Of a DNA stretch of 64,000 nucleotides, positions 12,401-20,900 are shown piece after piece (the stretch's first letter is position 1; each line of letters starts with the position of its first letter). A program made the translations under genes and the position numbers. The DNA comes from an uncultured bacterium (GTDB taxonomy: Bacteria > Patescibacteriota > Minisyncoccia > Phycocordibacterales > UBA918), in contig CBFGXL010000002.1 in assembly GCA_965652925.1 (NCBI GenBank), positions 4,881 through 68,880 on the forward strand, written 5' to 3'. The notes beneath the pieces were generated by a model that was not told where the DNA came from, did not search any database, and saw only the letters and a program-made list of their open reading frames with translations.

Positions 12401-14928
12401 GTCATAACGCGGTTGGTTCCTGTTTCAGCAACAGCCACAAAGAGACCGTTGCCGTAGGTAACAGACAGCCAATTGTTTGCCGCAGATGCAGATCGCCCAG
12501 TCCATGTCACGCCATTATTTTCAAAATTGCTCACCGAGACTAAGAAACTTCCATCTGCTACCCCAGCTCTATTGACCCCATCAGAGTTGATCGCAACCAC
12601 CTTGCCGTCTCCATAGGTTATGTCTTCCCACTGCGCACTTTCTGCTTCATCGACAGGAGTCCAATTGATGCCATCAGTGGAGATCATGACCTGCTCAGCA
12701 AGATCGCCGTACCCGATCGCCACGAAATACTCGCCTGTAAAAGTAACTCCTATCCAGGACCCGTCATAGGTCGCGTCCCGCGCAGTCCAGGTTATGGCGT
12801 CAGGAGATGTCATGACATTCATGGTCCCGGCATTAAGGGATGAGACAGCTACATAGGTGCCGTTGCCATACGCGATACCATTCCACCAATTGTTTTCAGC
12901 TGCAGTGCGGTTCGTCCACGTGATACCGTCTGGAGAGGTTGCTACGCGGTTATCTCCCACAGCAACAAACTGGCTGTGTTCTTCGTTGAACATAACATTG
13001 TAAATGCCGTTGCCTGATGCGGTACCGGAAGACCACGTAAGACCATCGTCTGAATACATTGCGGTACCGTCGTACGAGAGCGCAACAAACCTCCCTTCGC
13101 CATACGCAACAGCAGACCACATATCTGCAGAAGCAGCAGTTCGGTTCGTCCACGTAATGCCGTCCTCTGAGGTCATGACGCGGTTAGTGCCATTAGGTGC
13201 CACAGCGACGAATCGGCCTTCGCCATACGCGACCTTTCTCCATTCGTTCGCCTGTGAAGCAGAGCGTCCTGTCCAGGTGATGCCGTCAGGAGAGGTCATG
13301 ACGCGAGAACCTCCCGCCGTTGCGTTACATGCGCCATCAACAGAGATGCCGCAGGCAACCGCCACAAAGAGACCTTCACCGTAGGTGACTCCTTGCCATG
13401 GGTGAGCAAGGCTCGGCGTGGAAGCGGGGATCCAGTGCGTTCCGGTGACCAGCACTCTTTGTGTCGAAGAACCAGTTACTATAGGACCATAGGAAATTTC
13501 GTTTCCGCTTATAGTCGCATCCACCGGAAACGAGGTTGTACCCGCAGTCAGGTCAAGCGTACCGTTATTTTCTAGGTCTCCTCCAAGTACTGTTGAAGTG
13601 GCACCAGTGAAAGTATCCCCGCTCCATATATAGAGCTTCTGCCCATCGTCGATTAAGAGCTCTCCATCTCCTTCCCTGACGACATAGGAAATATCCTGAT
13701 CATGCCTTCCGTCATAGGTTCCCATTTCATCAAGCGACGTAGCTCCATCATCCTCATTCCGGATGATGACGTGGTCTTGATAAAGATCCATACCACTGAG
13801 TGCCCCAGAGCCGGCAGTCAAAACAAGAGCACCCCTCGTGCTTTGGTCACCGTCCACCCAAACAACCGCAGTTTCGCCCTCAGCTGGAGCAGCAGAAATG
13901 CTCCAGTCACCGTTACTGTCGGTGGTTGCGGTGGATACTGTGCCGTCAACGTAAGCCTTTATAGTCTTGCCTGTGGTGATCGCTGTAGAGCCCTCATCAG
14001 CATATAGAGTCCCTGACAACGAGGGAGCAACTTCAAACTCTCCAGTGGAGATTGCTACCCAATCATAATTTCGCGATGCGCAGTTCGCATCCGCATCGTC
14101 CTCAAATTGAAGTGACACTCCAGTTGTTGTCTTTGTTCCAACCTCAGGAGAACACAGAGCAGCATTCACCCCTTGAGCCATGGCCACTACGATATAGCTC
14201 GTATCTGGGAATGCTGTTGAGAATGTGACCGAACCGACACCGCTGCCATTTGTAGTTGCACTGCCTGCTTTTATATTTGCCCCGTCAACCGTGTACTCCC
14301 CATGAGAAAATGCACAGTAATTGGTATCTGTCACCGCCTCTGTAGCTCCACCATCATCCTCGATGCGTATCACCGCCTGAGATGTGGTCTTGGAACCTGA
14401 ATTGAAGTTTACAACTGGAGAATCGGTGTCGGTGATAGCATTCGCAATAATTGAATAATTTGTATCCGGGAAAGCACTTGAGAATGTAACAGTGTTGTCG
14501 CCCGCGGTACCTCCGCTCACAGCACACTTCACATACTTGCTACTGCCGAGATTCCAATCTCCATATGTAAGTGCCATCCAGTTATTGCTATTGGCATTCT
14601 CTGCCGAACCCGTGTCATCTTCAGCAACAATGGTGAAGCCTCCGGCTGCTTTGTTGCTGTACGTCATGGAGTACATAACATCAGTTCCGGTCGACCCTCC
14701 ATTGAGAAGGATTGAGTAACTACTGTTGGCCATCGCTGAGCTAAAAGTGACGCCGACAGTACCTCCACTGGTGATATTTATAGCTCCTGTTTTGAATTCA
14801 AAAGATTGTGCATGTGCATGCCCAACAACGCCGAAGAAAAAGAGAGCGGCCAAAACACACCCCATCATTAACATATATATATATGAGGTGATTGATCTTG
14901 TATGAAGTTGTAAAGTGATTTTTTTCAT
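3427..14928 (-). CDS. Giant secreted adhesin-like protein (3833 aa) with many Asp-box/BNR-type beta-propeller repeats
   Basis: Signal peptide ending AHA; dozens of VMTSPDGITWT..W..VTYG.G.FVAV repeats in about six clusters; two [AP]WD[IV][ST]TA-type propellers; Gly/Glu-rich C-terminal linker. Confidence 0.85.
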   Translation of the reverse strand: MKKITLQLHTRSITSYIYMLMMGCVLAALFFFGVVGHAHAQSFEFKTGAINITSGGTVGVTFSSAMANSSYSILLNGGSTGTDVMYSMTYSNKAAGGFTIVAEDDTGSAENANSNNWMALTYGDWNLGSSKYVKCAVSGGTAGDNTVTFSSAFPDTNYSIIANAITDTDSPVVNFNSGSKTTSQAVIRIEDDGGATEAVTDTNYCAFSHGEYTVDGANIKAGSATTNGSGVGSVTFSTAFPDTSYIVVAMAQGVNAALCSPEVGTKTTTGVSLQFEDDADANCASRNYDWVAISTGEFEVAPSLSGTLYADEGSTAITTGKTIKAYVDGTVSTATTDSNGDWSISAAPAEGETAVVWVDGDQSTRGALVLTAGSGALSGMDLYQDHVIIRNEDDGATSLDEMGTYDGRHDQDISYVVREGDGELLIDDGQKLYIWSGDTFTGATSTVLGGDLENNGTLDLTAGTTSFPVDATISGNEISYGPIVTGSSTQRVLVTGTHWIPASTPSLAHPWQGVTYGEGLFVAVACGISVDGACNATAGGSRVMTSPDGITWTGRSASQANEWRKVAYGEGRFVAVAPNGTNRVMTSEDGITWTNRTAASADMWSAVAYGEGRFVALSYDGTAMYSDDGLTWSSGTASGNGIYNVMFNEEHSQFVAVGDNRVATSPDGITWTNRTAAENNWWNGIAYGNGTYVAVSSLNAGTMNVMTSPDAITWTARDATYDGSWIGVTFTGEYFVAIGYGDLAEQVMISTDGINWTPVDEAESAQWEDITYGDGKVVAINSDGVNRAGVADGSFLVSVSNFENNGVTWTGRSASAANNWLSVTYGNGLFVAVAETGTNRVMTSSDGITWTARAEAEANNWYSVTYGNGLFVAVAQTGTNRVMTSSDGVNWTPRSAAGNDDTWYSVTYGNGLFVAVGSGTDRVMTSPDGITWTARSAAEANAWTSVIYAEDLFVAVSNNGTNRVMTSPDGITWTARTDAGDHQWYSITHGEGTFVVVATSGTDQVMTSPDGITWTARTAAEANAWTSVTYGNGLFVAVAESGTNRVMTSPDGITWTARSAAESTFWNSVTFGKDTFVAVSYGGTNRVMTSESGSYADTTQTFTADAVVNGAFTITASSTVAAPDALTLNSDFTNNGTFTQASGATTIDLENNTVGYDVAGATYDSVLESIADTGPAGLHFRSDGLKMYTFGWSTDIVREFTLSSAWDLSTASQVNTFSVAAQEDFAGDLYFNDTGTKFYITADGAAAVGEYAVSTPWDVSSASYTDYLDVSGKETNPYGVEFSSDGTKMYVVGGNSDAVHQYNLSVAWDVSTGVFSQTFSVASQDTTPTGIHFTSDGMYMYMVGHSTSAMYEYALSTAWDISTAVLVSGETFDFGAESFTEFSPMQVAFGNDGVKMYMYGFDEQDVFQFTTGTEGGGTPDTDKDFTGSGETTFADFTITADDSTVSFTNDVAMGDLTIGATATVTAPSGTITVEGNYTNNGEFDHNDGTMVIEGNSSLSGNLTGNSALGNLTATSTGELANTAAVWEEESASASSQWSGVAYGNGTFVAVSWDGDVMSSPVGITWTSRTPAVGNSWQAVTYGGGLFVAVANTGTSRVMTSPDGITWTARTSGDESSTWREITYGNGQFVAVAYSGTSRVMTSPDGITWTGRTAAEANDWMGITYGNGTYVAVSDTGTNRVMTSQDGITWTSRSASSASGWQRVVYGEGIFVAVSETDTAMTSPDGITWTARTTPGNSDWYGLAYGGGIFASLGDILTGSTYIMTSEDGITWTEQTAPNTNFFRSLTYGEGKFVGVSTDGTNQVLVSSDGSYENMVTFADNASTTDLTIGSASTTVVAPALLSIADDYTNDGTFTHNGGAVYFTGSTAQTLQGNMASTSAFNDVYFSGNSTKTFSDNASTSDLSIASGSTVAAPSALTITGDYTNSGTFNSGSGIVYINGTTTASTTVTGGWDVTTAVYDGAGKSTASEENNITSLAFSPDGTRMFVAGYNMDTVYSYTLSTPWDVTTAVYDNKSFSILAQDQWVEKVSFKTDGTKMYMLGSENDAVFSYTLGTPWDVTTASYDSSSFSIAQDVSPFGMHITEDGTRMYISGDSNNRIYSYTLGTPWVISSATYDSKSFLISGQESAVQDVHLKDDGTKMYVVGTGSNTIFPYTLGTPWDITTATYDGAGESVSAQESSVCSIEFNADGSKVYIYGAAADTVFPYSLDYDESTVYTGTTTLSGNMTGTSAFNDLTLDSPQTLALDGITWTARSAATNNSWQGLVYGEGLFVAVSNGGTNNVMTSPDGITWTARTSADESAGWNSVTYGNGIFVAVAESGTNRVMTSPDGITWTARTASQANSWYSVAFGNDMFVAVSVDGTNRVMTSPDGITWTNRTAAQASQWSVVTYGNSLFVALSWDGTIMTSPDGITWTTRTPLVTQSSWHGIVYAEGLFVAVGNGTALAMTSPDGITWTERTAPADNWESVTHTGHTFVAVACGIGNASCNTTAGGNRVMTSPDGITWTGTPATEANRWMEVVYGNGMLVAVSDTGTNRVMTSNSGSLAGGVVFENNASTSDLTITASTTVDAPALMSIAGDYTNDGTIDWGTGTTTLTGNDQTLTGALSSDSAFNNLVVKVSSGSNAEGGTTWTSSNVSTQGWYSVTYGEGLFVAVAYDGDDQIITSPDGITWTARSTPGNNQTWLGVTYGNGTFVAVSQDGTNRVMTSPDGITWTARSAAEANSWISVTYGEGLFVAVAFDGTNRVMTSPDGITWTARSAAEANSWVSVTYGEGLFVAVASDGTNRVMTSPDGITWTARAAAEANDWFSVAYGNSTFVAVAHTGTNRVMTSPDGITWTARAAAEASGWFAITYGDGLFVAVADTGTNRVMTSPDGITWTARAAAEANDWFSVTYGNGTFVAVGDIEAGSNRVMISNSGSRVDGTIRFSTPVEASKFISQTPGVTFEFPAYATSTFASLRIDGEEGGEAILRSSKEGTQWGLDVTTPISVTYVDVQDSNACSGNPNITATDSTDSGNNTCWDITGGEPVPGTISSASNQVFGYGQATTTIATITITDGETPAITAANDLRIKIDTSATDMLWDTTDTTATFGGTASGKVANPVSYENGGATLVVPVSNDFVGSDTLTISGLSFVQFGTVNTATSTLVLITESAGEDGGSAWTAHSAAQANSWSSVAYESELLVAVAENGTNRVMTSSDGSNWTARSAAGDNDSWSSITYGEGIFVAVSTGGSDDPIMTSPDGITWTARSVATDQIWSEVTYGSGKFVAVGCGGYDNGCGTNASVMSSDDGITWSAQAVSGNWQSVTYGNGLFVAVGSGNTRVITSPDGTTWTPRSAAGDNDWWTSVTYGNGLFVAVGSGSDRVMTSPDGINWTARSAAGDNDSWASVVYASDLFVAVGSGSDYVMTSPDGNNWTVRTAAEANQWSSITYASDLYETGTLVAVANSGTNRVMTAPGSSVAQITATDDKTIAIHGAATLSEHTAGQVENEFSYQNQSDVPLYTFRLAPEGENATISSAAFALSGIRRIDSSNLSDLRLYRDNNSDGSVDAGDNQIGGAGEISVTEQSGTVTFSTSWSATTTKDYILTSDVSGVLTNEYVTISLPTTGLSGTGATTAGAIVPLGSVSSVQHIRGGNNGSGALHAAEVGGEAPEGDGDVGGGGSQGGGGVGEEDNGEEIGNEPGFEAPSATGELYSEWTGGSNALSSDGVYATAASTNLRQSYSLFGFNVPGGNTVQGIEVKLEASGSTGAGTIQVALSWNGDSSVTATKATSVLTGSDAVYTLGGPSDTWGRGWTPAELGDANFVVRVIGQPDQNTVRVDAIQVRPYTQAGGGGGGGGGEI
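6305..6920. repeat. Intragenic tandem repeat, 123-bp period (41-aa propeller blades)
   Basis: GTCCACGTGATGCCGTC starts at 6305, 6428, 6551, 6674 and 6797; the units at 6551 and 6674 differ at only a few bases. Confidence 0.9.
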
Positions 14929-14931
14929 ACG

Positions 14932-17900
14932 CTATGGTGTTACTTCTATGCTTTGTTCTTCTGCTGTCTCGACCTGCGGTTCTTCTGCAACTTCTTCTTG
15001 TGTCCCCTCTTCTACAACTGGTTCTTCTGCTGTCTCCTCTGTTTGTGGTTCTTCTGTAGGTTCATTCTGTGGCTGTAATTCTGTTTCCTGTGGAGGTTGT
15101 TCTGTCTGCGGCTCTTCAACTGGCGGTTCTTCCTGCATGGCGTCCTCCGGAGGAGGCGGGGTTGCTTCGGTATCGCCCGTGCCACCCTCAGTCTCCCCGC
15201 CTCCTTGCGTTTCAGAAGGCGCAGGTTCCTGCGGTTCTTCCTGCGGCGGAGGTGTCTGTTCCCCGCTTCCTGAGCCATTACTTGGTCGATTGACTTCCAG
15301 CAAGAGTGCACGTAGGTCGTCTGCTGTGAGGCATACACCGTCCACACAAAGCTCGTTTTCAACATATACATTTTCTGCACGCAAGCCCGCAACATTGAGC
15401 ACACCGTCAACAAAGCCCTGCGCGAGCGTCTTGACTCGATCCCAGAGCGTTTCTTCTCCATCACTGCCAAGGACGACATCCGTTGAAGTTGACGTCAGTT
15501 CAGCAAGGAGCGACTCTGCATTAGCCGGATGCCAGCCCAAGTTTACAAACATGAGCGCCTGGCCGACTTTCACTGCCTGCCCGTCTGCGATCTCCTCTTC
15601 CCGCGCATCTTCGCGCGCCAGATCACGCAACGCATCTTGCATTTCCTCGTGTTCGTCAGCAATTGCTGTCTCAACAGACTCGAACCGCTGTGTATCGCGC
15701 GGTGTACACTCCTCCTCTTCCTCGCCGAGTGCGACGCCGCCACCGAAGTAACATCCATCGTGGATGCGCTCATCATCCTCTTGCGAAAGCGGATCGGTCT
15801 TCGGTTCTGCGATATCGTCACCGAACTGATCAATGAATCCTTCCGAATATGCATACTCGCCGTCATAGTCTTCAAGTGCCACACCTACAACCGTGCCGCT
15901 TTCTGTTGCCTTCATACCAACTCCCGGAATCGACGAGAGCATGATCTTGTCCCCTGCCTTGATCGGTCCATTCTCTGTTGAAAGCTTCACCGGCACGCGT
16001 CCTGAAAGTGCAACTGGGTAACCTTCTTGTCCAGAAGTTAAGGAGGTGTCGTCAAATCCGAGTGTGAGTCCCGGCTTGGTTGAGACCACGCCGATGATGT
16101 TCGCACTGTTCTCTTCGTCGGCGCGTTCAATACTGAGGATTCCAGCGGTAGCAATGATCTCTCCTGGCTCAAGGTCCTCTGAGGAGAAATACATTTCGGC
16201 CAAGTCAGAGTTGCCAACTGCCGATGAAACAGACGTGATCTTTCCTGTTGTTGACGCATTACAGCTACCGTCGTTGTCGACACACAAACCCCCGTAACCG
16301 ATCTGCAATCCCGCCATGTTGTTGGTAGTACCGTCTCCGATGGTCGTTGTACCGTGTGCAGTGACCGTGAACTTCGATGTCCCTGCGTTTTGGAAGTCGA
16401 CAAATTTTGAGGTAGTTGATGAGAACGATCCTCCCGAGTTGCCGAAGTTCATTACCAAGCCAGTGCCAGCAAATGCAGACGTATCTTGGAAGAGGCTTAC
16501 GAGGTCTTCGGTAGTGATCGAAGCCGAGTATGCCCGAATGGCATTTCCTTGCGTTGTGCCACGTGTCTGAGCGAAGACTCCAGCAGGCTGGAAGGTACCT
16601 CCTGCGTCACCCTCAGTAGTACCGCGCACACCGAAGGTTCGTCCGAATGCAGAGATACCGGTATTCTCTCCTTGTGTATTGGTGCCACGATGTGCCTGTA
16701 CTTCCAAGCCACGCACAGTGTTCCCAAGCGCAGTATCGTCCTCAATACGAAGCATCTTTCCTACGAGTGTTGAGGTCGCTGTTGGCGCGTTCACTATATA
16801 TGAATTGTCACCGTAGTAGACCGCGCTTGCCGATGAGTTTGTGAAGTTGAAATACTGATGAATGCCCGCAGTCCTCGAACCACTAACGCTCGTTGTCCCC
16901 ATCGCGAGCAGTGATGAAGGCGTGGTGGTACCGATGCCAACAAACCCAGTATCAAGAATACGCATCACGTCAGTTCCACTGCCCGCCTGGATCGTAACGT
17001 CAGCACCGGTGTTATGTGCACCAATTGTGAAGAGATCCGAAGTGTGATTCCAGTTTATCTGTGCACCAACACCGTCAGAAGGAGTTCCGAAGTAGATCAT
17101 CGAGTTAGACGCATCGGGTGTCATGAGGGTAAGGCCAGCATTGCCTGAACCTTCAAGGACAAGTTCATCAGCAGCACTATTCACTGCAGCCCCGCTTGCT
17201 CCACTATACACATGGAGTTTTCCATTCGGAGAGGCAGTTCCTATACCAATATTTCCCGCCCCATTGATCACAAGTCGATCATTAGTACCTAAGGCTGATG
17301 ATGATGAGATCTTGAACTTCGCTCCGTCAGAGTCATCGATACCGATACTCCACTTTTCGTTTGCACCGGAGACCGTTGAGAATTCAATTGCAGCGTCTGC
17401 GGCATTATTGAAGATAGAAAGTTTTTGGTTTGGTGTTGAGGTACCGATACCCATTCGACCATTGGTCAAAGTCGCAACACCATTCCAACCAGCAACATTG
17501 AAAGTGAGGTAGTTTGAGCCGCTCGTAATTGCATTTGCATTACTTGTTGCGTCTAACTCAATATAATCGCTCACACTAGATGGATTGGTTGAACGTATAG
17601 CGCCGTACACATCAAGTTTTGACTGAGGACTTGTAGTACCAATACCCACATTACTCGCAGGAAGAAGTGCGAGATTGCCAGCAGAGTTTCCAAACACAGT
17701 TGCACCATTGTTCTCTACCTCGAGATATGCAGAGCGGTCGTTACCAGAGTCAAAAATATTCATGCTGAAACCATTGAGAATTTCTGCATGTGATTCAATA
17801 CTTACAACATCTCCACTACCAAAGAGTGTTGGATAACCAGATGCTTCGTTCAAGCTCACAAAAAGATAATCACCGCTTGCTCCTGTCATGGTGAAGTCTC

Positions 17901-20900
17901 CATTTGAAGCAATGGATACACCCTCATCGCCTCCATCTCCTGAGAGGAAGTTGGAACCGAGCGCGATGTTGGCGGCGTTACCTGAGAGCGTGAGTGTTGA
18001 CGTAGCGCTCAATGCTGAGAATGTTGCAGTACCTGAGAATGCAGGCGAACTTGAGAACACTGCGCGTTCAGTACCTGTTTCGTCGGTGAGTATTGCCGCA
18101 AGCTCTGCTGAAGTATCGATATCAGATGAGGAAAGCCCACCCCCACCAAGACCAAGCGTCGAGGTGGCGACCCAGTTGAACCCTGAGCCGGTTGATTGCA
18201 AGATCATGCCGTTGCTTCCTGCGCTGTTACTGTTGTCGTATAAGGCTCCGGTGATACGAGCACTCCCAGCGACAGTGAGCATCTGCGACGGTGTTGAGGT
18301 ACCGATGCCAAAGCGGCTTGAGGACATGTTCACTGATGAAAGTGTATTTGCAGACGTGGTTGCCGGTATGTTTGCAAAGAGGAAGTTCCCGATGTTGAGG
18401 AAGTTTGAGGTGTTAGTAGACGTACCCAAGGTATTGTTACCGATCATGATGTTGTTGAATCCGGTAGTTATATTGCCGCCAGTTGTAGTGGTGTTGTCTT
18501 TCGATCCAAGGTAGATGTTGCCGTAGCCAGTGGTGTTGGCATAACCAGCCCGATAGCCTAAAGAGACATTATTAGATCCGGTGGTGTTATTTTGAAGACC
18601 ACTCATGCCTACTGCCGCATTGTTCCTACCCGTAGTGTTGAGGAGTAGAGCATTCCTACCAAGGCCGGTGTTTCCTATACCAGTGAGATTGCCTGAGAGG
18701 GCGTAATTGCCGAGGGCGGTGTTGTTCGAGCCGGTAGTATTGACATCAAGTGTGTCAACACCTATTGCCACATTGCTATTACCCGTGGTGTTTGAGAGAA
18801 GCGAACCACTACCGAAAGCAGTGTTAGCAATTCCTGTGGTATTGGCGAAAAGTGAAGAATAGCCAACGGCAGTGTTTTGATTTCCTGTAGTGTTAGAGTA
18901 GAGCGTATTGATACCGACAGCAGTGTTCGAACCTCCCCCAGTAATAGAAGATGGCAGTGCGTTAAAGCCGCTTGCATAGTTGGTTCCGCTCTCACCCAAA
19001 TTCATAAGCCGTGTGCCATTACGAGCAAAGAGATTGATTGATGGGGTGTAGGTAATTTCCCGAACAGAAACGTTATCGATAGTATATAAGGTGCCCTCAC
19101 TATAGTATGAGCTATCTACGAATAGCGTGTCAGTTCCCGTGTAATCAGCAGTGAAAATAACTTGATTCTGTGCAAAGTAGCTATTATTTCCTTGAAGGCT
19201 ATTATTGGTGAAATAAACAGAGGCAGAGGAGCTTGCGGCGCCGCTAAAATCATATTGGATCAGATAGGTGTGCCCTGCCACGGTAGAAATGTTTTGTGAG
19301 ACAGTCGCATCGTTACATGCAGAAACACACGATACGCGGACATTGTTGCTGTTGTATGAAGCATCAGAACCAAGCGTCCAACCAGTGGCACTACCGGTGA
19401 AGGAACCGTTCGTAATGAGCTCGCTGCCGATGATAGTGCTTGAGGCTTGAGCGGTGAGTGAGGCGTACGAGGTAGAAGTTCCTATAGTAACCGTCTTGCT
19501 GTGAAGATCATCGGTAATACGAGCACTTCCTGCAACAGTGAGGAGCTGAGATGGGGTTGTGGTGCCGATACCGACGTTGCCAGTGCCTGTAACGGTGAAG
19601 TCAACGCCTGCATCACCTCCTGTCTCGACACTTAAATTACCAGATGCATTCATATACAGAAGTGCGTAGGTTGAAGGATTATAAAGTCCGATACCAGCAT
19701 TCGAAGTGCCAGATGTCTCTGTGATCTGTAAAAATGGGTAGGTAGATGCGACCAACTCGATATCATCAGCAGGCGAGGTCGTACCAATACCTATACGTCC
19801 CGCGCTCGTAACGAAGATACCCTCATCCCCTCCATCTCCCGAGAGCCAATTAGAACCAAGTGCAATATTTGCGGAAGATCCTGAGAGCGTGAGACGTCCT
19901 GACTGTGTGGTAGTTGCAAAAGAACCTGTACCGGTAGCAGTAAGGCTCGAGAAGGTTGCCGTACCGGAGAACGCAGGAGCGTTCGAGAAGACGAGGCGGC
20001 CGGAGCCGGTTTCATCGCCAACAATGGCAAGCAGTTCGCTTGAAGTATCAAGAAGACCGTTGTGAGTGAGGGTTGCGTCTGCAACGATCGCGTCGAGTTC
20101 TGCGTAGGTGTCGATATCTGCTGAGGTGAGACCGCCCGTGATGCCGAGTGTTGAAGTCGCAACCCAGTTGAACCCTGAGCCGGTAGACTGCAAGACCATA
20201 CCGTTTGAACCTGCGCTGTTGCTGTTGTCGTAGAGAGCTCCGGTGATGCGGGCTCCTCCGGCGACCGTCAAAAGTTGAGACGGGGTTGAGGTTCCAATAC
20301 CCACATACCCCGCCCCATTGATCACTAGGCGATCATTGGTACCAAGTGCTGAAGAAGAAGAGATCTTGAACTTAGACCCGTCGCTGTCATCAATGCCGAT
20401 CGTCCACTTCTCATTTGCTCCTGAGATAGTTGAGAACTCGATCGCAGCGTCTGCGCCGTTGTTGAAGATAGAAAGCTTCTGGTTAGGAGTAGTGGTGCCG
20501 ATACCGAGGCGGCCAGTTGAGAGGATGAGTCCTGCCCTATTGTTTGATGAGAGAAGTGACGAAGAAGCAGTGCCCTCGATGGTGAGTGCGCCATTAATGA
20601 GAGCATTCTGACCGACGTTGAGTCCACCGCGCACATTCACCCCTTGGTCGAAGGTTGCAGTTTGCTTGGTGCGGAAGATGTCGAAGAGTCCAGAGCCCGC
20701 GAACATGTTGGAGACGGTGAGGCCGGAGATATCGATTATGGCGAGGTTGTTGGAGGCAGACCCTGTCACGTACACATAGTTGCCGGAGACACTGACAGAT
20801 CGGGGACCATCCATCACATTTGCGTCATTTGGATCCCAATTACCGACGGTGACCGGTGCGGCCGGATCAGAAATATTGACGATAGCGAGGTTCTGTGAGA

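Noticed and set aside
14915-15751. 278-aa plus-strand ORF (and 22274..23089 and similar)
   Set aside because: Antisense shadows of low-complexity or repeat-rich coding sequence with no recognisable motifs
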